Shown: positions 12,518 to 25,889 of the stretch, one piece after another | Numbering within the stretch: position 1 is the stretch's first letter | Layout: the number at the start of each line of letters is the position of its first letter | Assembly: GCA_951406725.2 (NCBI GenBank) | Contig: OX597836.1 | Location: 31,992,001 to 32,056,000 of the forward strand | DNA length: 64,000 bases | Direction: 5' to 3' | DNA from: Octopus vulgaris | Taxonomy: Eukaryota | The notes under the pieces: generated by a model | The model's database searches: none | What the model was told of the DNA's origin: nothing | Seen by the model: the letters and a program-made list of their open reading frames with translations, nothing else | Made by a program: the position numbers and the translations under genes

Positions 12518-13228
12518 ATGGCCGTTTGCCAGCTCTGTCTGGCAACTGTGTCGGTGGCATGTAAAAGCACCATCCGTTCGTGTCCATTGCCAGCCTAGGC
12601 TGGCCCCCGTGCCGGTGACACGTAAAAGCACCGTCCGTTCGTGTCCATTTGCCAGCTCTGTTTGGCCCCGTGTCAGTGGCACGTAAAAGCACCATCCGTT
12701 CGTGTTCGTTGCCAGCCTCGGCTGGCCCCCGTGCCGGTGACACGTAAAAGCACCGTCCGTTCGTGTCCATTTGCCAGCTCTGTCTGGCCCCGTGTTGGTG
12801 GCATGTAAAAGCACCATCCGTTCGTGTCCGTTGCCAGCCTAGGCTGGCCCCCGTGCCGGTGACACGTAAAAGCACTGTCCGTTCGTGTCCGTTTGCCAGC
12901 TCTGTCTGGCCCCGTGTCGGTGGCACGTAAAAGCACCATCCGTTCGTGTCCGTTGCCAGCATCGCCTGGCCCCGTGCTGGTGACACGTAAAAGCACCATC
13001 CGTTCGTGGCCGTTTGCCAGCTCTGTCTGGCACCTGTGCAGGTGGCACGTAAAAAACACCCACTACACTCGCGGAGTGGTTGGCGTTAGGAAGGGCATCC
13101 AGCCGTAGAAACACTGCCAGATCTGACTGGGCCTGACGAAGCCTTCCAGCTTCACAGACCCCAGTTGACCTGTCCAACCCATGCTAGCATGGAAAGCGGA
13201 CGCTAGATGATGATGATGATGATGATGA
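12518..13228 (+). mobile_element. RTE-tailed non-autonomous element with internal ~61-bp minisatellite (~9 units)
   Basis: GTAAAAGCAC recurs every ~61 bp from 12561 to 13049. Ends CATGCTAGCATGGAAAGCGGACG..(GAT)n. Confidence 0.85.
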
Positions 13229-13682
13229 TATATATATATATATATGTAAGAGGCCTGCTTCTCAACCACATGGTTCCAGGTTCAGTCCCACCTGGGTAAA
13301 TGTCTTCAGCTTTAACCTCAGGCTGATCAAAACCTTGAGAGTGGATTTGGTAGACAGAAACTAAAAGAAGATCATCAAACACACAGACACACGCACACAC
13401 ATATATCTGCGTATGTATGTATGTATGTATGTATGTATGTATGTATGTATGTATGTATGTATGAATGTATGTGGGCATCTGTGTTCGTACCTCCACCATC
13501 GCTTGACAACCAATGTCGGTGTGCTTACATCTGCATAACTTAGCAGTTTGGCAAAAGAGACTGATAGAATAAGTACTAGGCTTACAAAAGTATTAGTCTT
13601 GAGGTTGATTTGTTCGACTAAAGGTGAATGACTGAAACAACTAAAGAATAAAACTAAAAGAATAAAATGACACACATACACA

Positions 13683-13728
<46 letters not shown>

Positions 13729-13738
13729 TTCTCCATTT

Positions 13739-13797
<59 letters not shown>

Positions 13798-13877
13798 GTA
13801 TGTATGTATATATGTATATATATACATATATATAACAATTTATATACATATATATATATATATACATATATATATAC

Positions 13878-13920
<43 letters not shown>

Positions 13921-13923
13921 GTA

Positions 13924-13960
<37 letters not shown>

Positions 13961-14844
13961 ACCTAGCAGAGTGGTGGAGTGGTGTCATTCAAAACCTAAA
14001 GCAACGTGAATCACATTGTAACCAGCAATGTATAACACCATTCAAAAGTCTGGGTGAAACCCTGATACCATGATATATATATATATATATGTATACTCAG
14101 GTGCAGGCGTGACTGTGTGGTAAGGATCTTGCTTTCCAACCACATGGTTCTGGGTTCAATCCCACTGCATGGCACCTTGGGCAAGTGTCTGTTTCTATAG
14201 CCTCAAGCTAAACAAAACCTTGTGATTGGATTTGGTAGATGGAAACTGAAAGAACCCCATCATATATGTGCATGTGTGTGTGTTGTGTCTTTGTGTCTAT
14301 GTTTGTCCCCAATCACCAAATAAAAATATATATATATTCAATGGGCTTCTTTCAATTTCTTTCTACTAAATCCGCTCATAAGGAATTGGTTAGACCAGAG
14401 CTATAGGAGCTATAGTAGAAGACACTTGTCTAAGACAGCACACAATGAAACTGAACCTGAAACCATCTGATTGAGAAACAAACTTCTTACCACACAGCCA
14501 TGCTGGTGTAAATAAATAAATTAATTAATAAATAAATGAATGTTTAGACTTTAACGATGAATTAATAAGCGCTGACTTTTTCTTTCATCTTTCCAAGGCC
14601 AACAAATTCAATATGATTTTGTGAAATAAAAGAAATACGGTGAGTGCTGCTGGTTCAATACAATCACCTATACTATAAACCACATTGCTGTAGCATGGCC
14701 ACAGAAACTTAGAAAACAAGGACAGATGATTTAATTGTTTCCTTTGTGCTCTATTATAATTAAAGTTCTAAATATTTTTCAAGCAATCAGTATAATAATT
14801 TTTAAAAAGCATTCGTGTTGAAATAAACCAACAGCACTGCACTA

Positions 14845-14910
14845 GCGCCATTTAAAATTCATTACTGGGGAGTTGTAGAGTATTTCTTCTGATTGTGTTC
14901 CGGGTCAGTT
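14845..14910. promoter_or_regulatory. Possible core promoter motif cluster
   Basis: GCGCCATTT (YY1-like), TGGGGAGTTGTAG (ACTACAnnTCCC/ZNF143-type) and TTCCGGGTCAGTT (ETS-like + Inr TCAGTT) within 66 bp of unique sequence. Confidence 0.35.
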
Positions 14911-15149
14911 GAAGTGTATCGTAGCATGAATTCTTGTTTTTATTTTTTTTTCATAACTTAATTTAAGTCTGTTATTGTTTACTTCTTCTTCTTCTTCTTG
15001 CTGCTTTGATAAATGTTGGTACTTAATAGCATTTGAATAGAGTCAGCAAAGCAGTTATTTGAAAACAAAATTTGAAATATAAAATTCCTTCATGTTAATC
15101 TTTGTGGAAGTAATTACAGTATAGATTTGTTCAGTATCAAAACATGAGC

Positions 15150-15625
<476 letters not shown>

Positions 15626-15697
15626 TTATCATACCTAATGTGCCTACTATGATAGGAATTGTTTTTGTTTTTAGATTCCACATTTGAGTTACCGCTA

Positions 15698-15743
<46 letters not shown>

Positions 15744-15745
<2 letters not shown>

Positions 15746-16083
15746 GAAAGATAAAAATATAGTATAACTATATCCCAGAAGGATTCACTGACATTGAGGA
15801 TTGCAAAATCCTGTGGGATGCAATGACTCGAGGTGACCATCAGATTAGACGTTGGAAACCTGACATTGTTGTGGTGAAAAAAATAGAGAAACATGCGTGA
15901 TAATCACCATGGCATTCCCTGGTGACAACAAGATCGAAAAGAAAGAAGGAAAATTGAACAACCATGATGTATTGAAGTGAAAAATATGTAGGTTGTGGGC
16001 GATGAAGAAAGTGGATGGGATACCAATAGTGATTGGCACGCTTGGAAGTATCAGCACCCAACTACCAACATGGCTCAAAAAAA
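15744..16083 (+). pseudogene. R4/Dong RLE endonuclease fragment, duplicate of 17311-17650
   Basis: KILWDAMTRGDHQIRRWKPDIVVV...IPIVIGTLGSI, near-identical to the second copy. Confidence 0.85.
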
Positions 16084-16494
16084 GTTTAGTATTAGTATTA
16101 GGGCTGAGTCATTAGCATGTCAGGCGAAATGCTTAGTGGTATTTCATCTGTCTTCATATTCTGAGTTCAAATGCCACTGGGGTTGATTTTGCCTTTCATC
16201 TTTTCAGGGTCAATAAATTAAGTACCACTTGAGTACTGGAGTTGATGTAATTGCCTTAACCCCTCCCCCAAAATTTTAGGCCTTCTTGTGCCCTCAGCAG
16301 AAAGGACTATTATTATTGTTGTTGTTGATGTTGTTGTCGTTGTCGTCGTCATCATCATCATTATTATTATTATTAATATTATTATTATTATTATTATTAT
16401 TATCATCATCATCATCATCATAATCATCATCATCATCATCAACATCATCATTATTATTATTATTATTATGATTATTATTATTATTATTATTATT

Positions 16495-16741
16495 ATTGAG
16501 TGAGAGAACAATGCATGGCATCAAAGTGACACTGGGGTACAAATATATGAAGCCCAGTATACCCATTATGACTACCCGTCTGATAAGGATACACCAGGCA
16601 CATGCATCACAACCATATGTGCAGAACATGGTGATCTCATACCAATATTAACAATGCATGACAAAACAATGTACATGATAATACTTCCAATCAGTTTAGA
16701 TCAGAAGCCATGAGAGCCACTGTATGGTACTGTATCAGAGC

Positions 16742-16745
<4 letters not shown>
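16495..16745. mobile_element. Internally deleted copy of the (ATT)n-embedded repeat at 53065-53610
   Basis: Shares TGAG.GAGAG..GTGCATG.CATCAAAGTGACACTGGGGT start and CCATGAGAGCCACTG..TG.TACTG.ATCAG end. Confidence 0.75.
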
Positions 16746-16798
<53 letters not shown>

Positions 16799-16801
16799 AA
16801 A

Positions 16802-16852
<51 letters not shown>

Positions 16853-16873
16853 GCCCACCACTACCACCGCCAC

Positions 16874-16907
<34 letters not shown>

Positions 16908-17133
16908 GTCGTCGTCATCATCATCATCGTCATCGTCATCATAAAGGCGGTGGTCTGGCAGAATCATTCGTTGACAGGTCAAAAATGCTTGGCAGCATTT
17001 CTTCTGGATCTTTATGTTTCTGAGTTCAAATTTTGCAAAGGTCGACTTCGTCTTTTATCATTCTGGGATCAATAAATTTAGTACTAGTTGAGCATAGGTG
17101 CTTATAGCAGAAACAATAATAATAATAATAATG

Positions 17134-17222
<89 letters not shown>

Positions 17223-17247
17223 AATAATAATGCTAATAATAATAATA

Positions 17248-17832
17248 TAAAAAAACGACTTGAGAATGTGGTAAGAATGATCCATTGGGAGCTCTGTGGA
17301 AATTATGGCCTAGAAAGATAAAAATATAGTATAATTAAATCCCAGAAGGATTCACTGACATTGAGGATTGCAAAATCCTGTGGGATGCAATGACTCGAGG
17401 TGACCATCAGATTAGACGTTGGAAACCTGACATTGTTGTGGTGAAAAAAATAGAGAAACATGCATGATAATCACCATGGCATTCCCTGGTGACAACAAGA
17501 TCAAAGAGAAAGAAGGAAAATTGAACAACCATGATGTATTGAAGTGAAAAATATGTAGGTTGTGGGCGATGAAGAAAGTGGATGGGATACCAATAGTGAT
17601 TGGCACGCTTGGAAGTATCAGCACCCAACTACCAACATGGCTCAAAAAAATTGGTACAGAATTAAAGATAGAAACCTTAAAGAAATTATTGTTTCTTGGA
17701 ACTGCATGAGTTCTCCATGGGGTTCTTGAAGCATGATCAATAAACAAGTGTGTCGTCTTCGTTTCCTGGCTGTGGGCAGCTGACACTTTCCATCATACCC
17801 AGCAAATTAAACTGAGAGTTTTCATTGAATAA
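17248..17832 (+). pseudogene. R4/Dong-type RLE domain and 3' end
   Basis: KRLENVVRMIHWELCGNYGL...KILWD...KPDIVVV...LGTA*VL, starting inside an (AAT)n tract. Confidence 0.85.
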
Positions 17833-18172
17833 TTCCTAGACTGGGTTCTTGAGCAAAACACTTCATCTTGCATTGCTCAGTGATTGCTTCAACACCTGAT
17901 GCATGGTACACAGTCCTGAGTTCTAGCAATTGTGAGTTACTACACTCTAACCACTAAGCCATTGGCAGGCTGGCAGAATCGTTAGCATGCCGGGCAAAAT
18001 GCTTAGCAGCATTTCGTCCGTCTTTACGTTCCGAGTTCAAACTCCACCGAGGTCGACTTTGCCTGTCATCCTTTCAAGGTCTATAAATTAAGTACCAGTG
18101 AAACACTGGGATCGGTGTAATTGACTAGTTCCCTCCCCCGAAATTTCAGGAGTTGTGCCTTTGATATAAAGG

Positions 18173-18246
<74 letters not shown>

Positions 18247-18769
18247 CATTATTATTATCATTATTATTATCATCATCATTATTATTATTATTATTATTAA
18301 AAAATTTTGAAGTTCAAATTATATTGTTGTAGTTGGTGTCAGCCCTGGTTATCTGACAGATATTTTATGAAAAGGCACTCCCGTATCAACCATCATGGTA
18401 AATGCCATCTTAAGGTAGGTGCTATTGGTATTACAGCTCCAGGGCTCACAAGGTTCCAATTTCAGGTCCCAATAGCTGCTGTCACTGACAAGGTTCCAAT
18501 TTTAGGTCCTAATAGCTGCTGACACTGACAGCTTGAGAGAGATCCACATTTGAATACTGAGACCACATCTGTGACAATGGGTTTACAATATCTGCAAACA
18601 TCTAAGGCTGCATCCAAAGGAAAGCCATCTAAGGCTGCATCCAAAAGGAATAGTTACTTCCACATTCTGCCATTTTAGCTGCTATTTCTTGTGAGTCAAA
18701 TAACTTTGTTTGGATGAGGACAGAACTGAAACACTGAGAATCAAAACTTCTTCATCTATTGATAGATTA

Positions 18770-19225
18770 CATTGAACCAACAGCATTCAGCCCAGATACA
18801 GTAATCTCCAATTCCATGAAACAAGTAGTCATTTGAGAATTGGGAGGAAAGCAAGGAGGAGACCCACATGAGGAGGCTTGCCAAATACCAGGAATTGGTA
18901 GAGCAGTGCAGAAATATCCGAGTTGGCAGGGGCATTGTGTGGCACTTGAAGTCAGCTGGGGGTGTTTTGTGGAGCATTCATTCTGCAAAGTTCTGACTGG
19001 GCTTGGTGTTACTAGAACAACAAAAATGAGGGCTATAAACATTGAAATTAGGTAACTTTGGACAATGAGTGGAGACCATTGGTTGGTTGTTACTGGGATG
19101 GAAGCTGGGAATTGACTAATCCCTGTTGGCTCAACTGCATGATAATGTTTGATGTTGAAAGGCATGAAACTTCCTCAGACCCCAGAAACTGATGAAGCAT
19201 CCTAGAACATCCATAAGATGTGTCT
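18770..19225 (+). pseudogene. HERO-type (R2 superfamily) retrotransposon RLE C-terminus + 3' UTR
   Basis: Across frameshifts: PDTVI..KQVVI*EL..WEESKEETHMRRLAKYQELVEQCR..WQGHCVALEV..GCFV..SFCKVLTGLGVT. Confidence 0.7.
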
Positions 19226-20179
19226 TAAAACTAAATTTGATTTTGATGATTAAAAATTGAATTATTGAAACACTTCAATTTTGTTTATTTCAAAGACTTT
19301 TCTCCACCACAATATTTGTCATCAGAGCAATAATTGGTCTTTACTTTTTTGTTTGTTCGCTTGTTTGTTTGCTTGTTTGTTTGTTTGTTTGTTTCAATGC
19401 AATCCTAACCAATTAGAAGACAGTAGTAATCTGCTGTCAATTGTACAATGATTATATCTATCACTGTGTAATCAGAAATCAGCGAATCACCATAGTTCGG
19501 TTAAAGTTTAAAACTTTATAGTTCTTTTGTAAGATTCCAGTTCTGGCATTGTGATTAAAAGCAACCGGTTCTATACCGATAATGCCCTATTCAATCACAG
19601 ACGCTGGCTTCTTCATATTAAACGACAAGTGGGCATACACGCTCGACAAACACAAAAGATCAAATTGACGGCTTTGTATTTCATATCAATGAATAAACAT
19701 GATGCGTTCATTTACAGTCATTGTAATGAGCAATTTCTGAAACCCACGTATTGAAAACACAGCAGCGTTCATCATTATAACGACGCTCTTGATTTTTCTT
19801 CTTTGAGACAAAATTAATTATGGATGAAGCTAGAATGGACTACTTAAAAGAATTTCCAATCTCCTTAGTTGACACCAAACTACTCTATAAGTATTTCATA
19901 GAATTCTGCTTGTGACAGCAACGTAATTAAAATCCAAGATCATTTCCTTATTTCCTCTTCTTTTCATTTCATTTCATTTCATTTCATTTCATTTTTCACT
20001 TTGGATTGTTTTTTTATTTTTTTTTATTTTTATTTTTACCTATCTACCTGTTTTTTTTTTTTTTTTTTTTGAAATAAGGACCGTATTTCATTACAGCATA
20101 AGAAAAAAAATCAAAAACAAATCAATAAATGGACAGAAATAAAATGAAAGGAAATGTAAAATGACATACACCTGAACTG

Positions 20180-20296
20180 TCATCCAGTTTTAGAATTTCT
20201 ACTGATTTCTTTGATAGCTTCTAATAGTACATCTTTTTTATGGCACATGTAAGCTGCTTTATCCACAAGTAGTCGAATGCACACTAACATAGATTC
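20180..20296 (-). CDS. Putative last coding exon of an unidentified gene
   Basis: Pyrimidine tract, first AG, then ESMLVCIRLLVDKAAYMCHKKDVLLEAIKEISRNSKTG* (39 codons) in non-repetitive DNA. Confidence 0.55.
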   Translation of the reverse strand, partial: ESMLVCIRLLVDKAAYMCHKKDVLLEAIKEISRNSKTG

Positions 20297-20509
20297 CTAT
20301 ATAATTTTATATCATGACAGAGGAATAATAGAAAAAAAAACATAAGATCCAAAAACCCTTTGTTAGAGAAATGGACCAATTAATGTTTTGTAAAACTTGA
20401 TGGCTATTTCAAAGTTTTCTGTTGGATTGGCTGTCTTTTACAAGAAAAATAATACCAATAATAAGAATGATGCTGAGAATTGTATTTTCTTCAGATGGTT
20501 TACTCTTTT

Positions 20510-20920
20510 ACTCTTTTACTTGTTTCAGTCATTTGACTGCGGCCATGCTGGGGCATGGCCTTTAGTCAAGCAAATCGATCCCAGGACTTATTGTATGTAA
20601 GCCTAGTACTTATTCTGTCAGTGTCTTTTGCTGAACCGTTAAGTTATGGAGATATAGACACACCAGCATCAGTTGTCAAGTAATGTTGGGGGAACAAACA
20701 CAGACACACAAACATATACACACACATATTTACATATATATATATATATACAACAGGCTTCTTTCAGTTTCTATTTACCAAATCCACTCACAAATCTTAT
20801 GTCGGCCCAAGGCTATAAAAGAAGACACTTGCCTAAGGTGCCATACAGTGGGACTGAACCCGGAACCATGTGGTTGGTAAGCAAGCTACTTACCACACAC
20901 CCACCCACTCCTGCACCTAT
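20510..20920 (-). mobile_element. SINE family A, full length
   Basis: All family A modules are present. A similar copy lies at 22210-22625(-). Confidence 0.9.
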
Positions 20921-21611
20921 ATTTATTTTTATTTTTATTTGTATTTATTTTTTGTTTCTTCTTTTACTGGTTTCTGTCCTTAAACTGCATCCAAGACAGG
21001 ACACAACTTCCAAAAGTTTTCAGCATTGACCCCGCAACAATTTAATTTAGTCTTGTTTATTATTTTATCACTCTCTATTTATTGAATTGCTAAGTTATAG
21101 TTTTGAAACAAAGGGATGCGAATTGCTGCCAGTTTCCACCAGTAAACCTAAACATGGAAATAGGCAAATTTCCCTCAAATCACAAAGCATCATCTTGATC
21201 TATCTAAGGGGTATGAGAATTTTCACACAAACATATACAGAAAATGGACTTTTTCTGCCTACCAAATTTACCCTCTAGCATTTGGTCAGCCTGAGATTAT
21301 AATAGTAGACCAAGGAGCTGCATGGTAGGAGTGAACCAGAAACTATGTGGTTGGGAAGCAAACCATTTACCCACACAGCTATGCCATTTCAGTTTTTTTA
21401 ATGGAGGCTATCCATATTTATAAACTGAAATCATTGATTAATAACAGTTGAGAATTTCATAAGACAAATTGTTTATGATAACAATACTGTTTTGTGCATG
21501 TTCTGACTCCCTCCTACATATCAGGAGAAAATAAACCAGCTTAAGAAAATGTTCCATTTTCTCCTGATAAAGGACTATTAACCCAAAATATCAAATATAT
21601 ATGTGTGTGTG

Positions 21612-21856
21612 TAGGCATGTGGCTTGGTGGTTAGGGTGTCAATATCATGATCGCAAGATTGTGGTTTCAATTCCTGGACCGGGCAACACGTTATGTTCTT
21701 CAGCAAAACACTTCATTTCACGTTGCTCCAGTCCACTCAACTGGCAAAAATGAGTAACGCTGCGATGGACTGGCATCCCATCCAGCTGGGGAACACATAT
21801 GCCATTGGAACTGGGAAACCATGCCCATGAGCCTGGCTAGGCTTTAAAAGGGTGCA

Positions 21857-21865
<9 letters not shown>
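21612..21865 (+). mobile_element. SINE family D (tRNA head, CORE/V-like body)
   Basis: GTGGCTT.GTGGTTAGGGTG...GGTTTCAATTCC...CTCCAGTCCACTCA...GCGATGGACTGGCATCCC. Copies at 34668-34917, 46280-46480, 53825-54065 and 63590-63840. Confidence 0.85.
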
Positions 21866-21910
<45 letters not shown>

Positions 21911-22424
21911 AACTAAAATGAAGTGCAGCATTTCTTGGAATGGTGATTCTTTACTACTTTAGGGACAAAGCCCAAAATTTTGGGTTAGGGAACCAGTTGA
22001 TTAGATCGACCCCAGTATGCAACTGGTACTTAATTTATCGACCCCTGAAAGGATGATAGCAAAGTCGACCTCGGTGGAATTTGAACTCAGAACCTAAAGA
22101 CAGACGAAATATCACTAAGCATTTCACCCAGCGTGCTAACATTTCTACCAGCTCGCCAACCTTAATAATCCCAAATACATTGCAATAACATTAAATTAAA
22201 ATATTTATACTCTCTTTTACTTGTTTCAGTCATTTGACTGCGGCCATGCTGGAGCACCGCCTTTTGTCGAGCAAACTGACCCCAGGACTTATTCTTTGTA
22301 AGCTTAGTACTTATTCTATTGGTGTCTTTTGCCGAACCACTAAGTTATGGGGATGTAGACACACCAGCATCGGCTGTCAAGCGATGTTGGGGGGACAAAC
22401 ACAGACACACAAATATATACACAG

Positions 22425-22462
<38 letters not shown>

Positions 22463-23118
22463 GATGGATTTCTTTCAGTTTCCGTCTACCAAATCCACTC
22501 ACAAGGTTTTGGTCGTCCTGAGGCTATAGTAGAAGACACTAGCCCAAGGTGCCACGCAGTGGGACAGTCCCAGAACCATGTGGTTGGTAAGTAGCTACTT
22601 ACCACACAGCCACTCCTGCACCTATATACAGTACGTCCCTGGATGGGATACAGAATTTTCCTTTCCTGAAGTGTATATGCATTTTTTGGGGTGGACTCTG
22701 TATATACATACGTTTTTCCTTCTACTATTCTTCCTTTTAGTTCAGTAATCTTGTTCTTATCTCATCAATTTTTCATTTCGTCTCACTCTTGCCTTACCTG
22801 TTTCTCCTCTTCATTTCATTTTTCTCTCCTTTAACCTCTCACTTTAAAATTTTTTCCTAATAATCCCTGTCTATTTAAGGCAATGAGCTGTCAGAATCGT
22901 TAGCATGCTGGGAAAAATGCTCACCAGCATTTTGCTTGTCTCTCTGCTCTGAGTTCAAATTCCACCGAGGTTAACTCCACATTTCATCCTTTCAAAAGCG
23001 ATTAAATAAATACCAGTTGAACACTGGGGTTAATGTAATCGGCCAAGCCCCTCCCTAAAGTTGCTGGCCTTGCACCAAAATTCGAAACCAATAATTCCTG
23101 CCTATGTATGAAGCTCAC

Positions 23119-23255
23119 ATTGCCTGGTGTTCCTCATCAGTTGCAGCCTGTCTTTCAAACAGAGGAAATGAAAAAATTCTGCAGCCTTCCTTTAATTTCT
23201 CTCCTGTCAACTTTTCCCCTGTAAAAGGACTCTGCCCAAAGTCACTGTACACTTT
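23119..23255 (-). CDS. Putative internal coding exon
   Basis: TTATTCAG acceptor, KVYSDFGQSPFTGEKLTGEKLKEGCRIFSFPLFERQAATDEEHQ(AM), GTGAGC donor (or GC donor 5 nt earlier). Confidence 0.7.
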
Positions 23256-24099
23256 CTGAATAAATAATATTTTCAAAATTTTGGTAAAAAAAAAAATAAA
23301 TAGATTGCTTATATCATTGAACACACACACACACATTCACACTCATATATACACACACACACATATATATGTATGTATGTATGTATATATATATATATAT
23401 ATAGACATATATATACACACACACACATGTATATATATGTATATATATACATATACATTCAACACATACATACATTCAAACACATACATACATACATACA
23501 TACATTCATACACACATATACACACATGCACACACACCCATACACACACACATGCATCCATATTTTTATTGTTGGTTCAATGATTTAGCCAAGTCTATTG
23601 ATACAAATTCTAATTTTGTCTGTGTGTTACCTAAACATTTTAAAGTTTATTTTGTTTGAAGTTCTATAAAAGTTACAAAAAGACATAAATATATAAAAGA
23701 TATTTCCCAAACAAAAAAAAAACAAACAAAAGAACCAAGAAGATATTCTATTTTTTTCTTTTTCTCTTGCCTGTCAAAATATAAAAAATGTGCAAAAAAA
23801 AAATACAAGCAAATAATATATACCATTATTTTTAATCACTTTATTCTTACATGTATTGTTCAACAACCAGAAGTTTTTTCACACGAGTCAACTAATATTA
23901 AGCCATCATTTTATATATATAAATATATATACATATGTGTGTGTGTATGTATATGCCACCATGGAAAGCGATTGTTAAAAAATGATGATGATGATGATGA
24001 TGATATATAGTTGAAATTTATAGAAAAACAAAAAGATAAAGACAGGTGTGTAAACAACAAGCAATTTTATTAGTTTGACGCTTGGGAAAATGGAAAAGT

Positions 24100-24135
24100 C
24101 TTTTATGTTTCGAGCCTAAGCTCTTCAACAGAAAG
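24100..24135 (-). ncRNA. Minimal hammerhead variant in a TA-embedded Penelope-like fragment (~24005-24200)
   Basis: CUUU-CUGUUGA-A-GAGC(UUAG)GCUC-GAAA-CA-UA-AAAG. Stems I and II are perfect. Core has U at position 6. Confidence 0.65.
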
Positions 24136-24283
24136 GAATAAGAGAAAATAAACAGAGACAGAATGAAAAAAAAAACTTGTAGATTTCAGTGGTCCAGCAT
24201 ATATATTTATATATGACACATATACATATGCATATATATATAATATATATGCACGTATAGATATATATACATACATATGTGTA

Positions 24284-24335
<52 letters not shown>

Positions 24336-25260
24336 TATATACACACACATATATATGTATGTAGGTGCATGTGTATGCATATGTGTGTCCATAATAAAAA
24401 ATGTGTTTACTACTATAGCTTTTGGCTAAGCAAAGCCTTTCAATAGATTTTGCTCAAATTTGATGTCACTGTCACTTATTTTGGTTTGAAATAAAGCGCT
24501 TGATGACTTAAGAATCCTAACTTAATCTTGGGCAATACTGCTATTAAACCATAAAATAAACCTTTATTTTTCAAAATGAAAAAAAACCAACAGCAAGATG
24601 GAAAATGACGTTTATTCCACTTTATTTATATTTGAAAAGTTTTCTCCTACTTTTTAAAAATTTTATTGCAAAGTCCTCGATGACATTGTTAAAATTAATT
24701 TTACATAAAACTTCTGCTTCTATACTTAGTAGAGACAAGGCATTATGAATATTATTTTAGCAAGTTTAAAGTGATTTCTTTTGTGCCATAAACCATTTTC
24801 CTTTCTCTGGTGCCCACCATCCCTTGATTCCCCAAGCACGTCCTTATTTTGCTTAATGGGTAAATGTAGCACTGACTACATGGTTTGGAAGCAAACTTGT
24901 GAGTGGGTTTTGTAGAAGTCCACTCACAAGGCTTTGGTTGACCCAGCCTGCTGACACTTTCCACACATGAGCTACACGTATGCTCTACATGCACATGTTC
25001 TAAACACACATGCTCTGAAGACACATGCATCATCTTTCAAAAAACATCTTACAAAATGCAAAAGTATAAACAAGGGCATTACTGTTATCATTAACACTAA
25101 AGCTTGTCCTATCAGTAATCGGTGAATAAAAGAAGCCATACAAAAGCAATTCAAAAACAAATAAGCACAGCAATTAACAAAGAGTTCAAAGTTTAAAAAA
25201 TACACAAACAAAAACATGCTAATGGATTTTATGAAACCAGTTGATTCACTTTTCTCTCAC

Positions 25261-25356
25261 CTTAAAAGACCGTAGAACATAAATTTTAGCGTCAAAATTT
25301 CTACACCTTAAAATACATAGTAATTCCATTATTGCACACAAGGAACCAATATGCCA
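25261..25356 (-). CDS. Putative internal coding exon (alternative acceptor at 25306)
   Basis: TTTCAG acceptor, 96 nt open (WHIGSLCAIMELLCILRCRNFDAKIYVLRSFK), strong AAG|GTGAGA donor in phase 0 matching the next exon. Confidence 0.45.
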
Positions 25357-25694
25357 CTGAAATGGACACATAATTTATCTCCCCATTTCATTCATAAATT
25401 CTTGAAAAGGGTTTTTTAAACATAAAATATCTGGACTGATTAAATAATTTTAAGATAACATATTACTAGCTCTGTTATTATTTTTCATATTTAATGTTCT
25501 ATTTGTATTACTAACACCCCTTTAACATACCTCTCATTTGATGTACTCTGCAATGCTTAAAGTAAATACTCCCTTATATGTTGTTGATGTCCAATAGACA
25601 ACCTTCCACTTTGTCTATTCATTAGGGTTTTCAATCTAATATTTACTTGCTGCTATTCATAACTGTATGTGATCTACTGTTCCAAAAAGAATTA

Positions 25695-25733
<39 letters not shown>

Positions 25734-25889
25734 CCCTTGGAGGGTAACTTTCTAGATGCAATCCCATGGTCATTCATGACTGAAGGGGGTCTCAATTATA
25801 ATTATTATTTACAGAAATGTAGAATTGACACCACTTATCAAATCAACGCAGAAAACAAACACACACACACTCACATATTTGCATATATA

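Noticed and set aside
12465-13177. Overlapping repetitive ORFs in a GC-rich tract
   Set aside because: They come from a ~61-bp minisatellite inside a retroelement; the same peptides appear in all frames.
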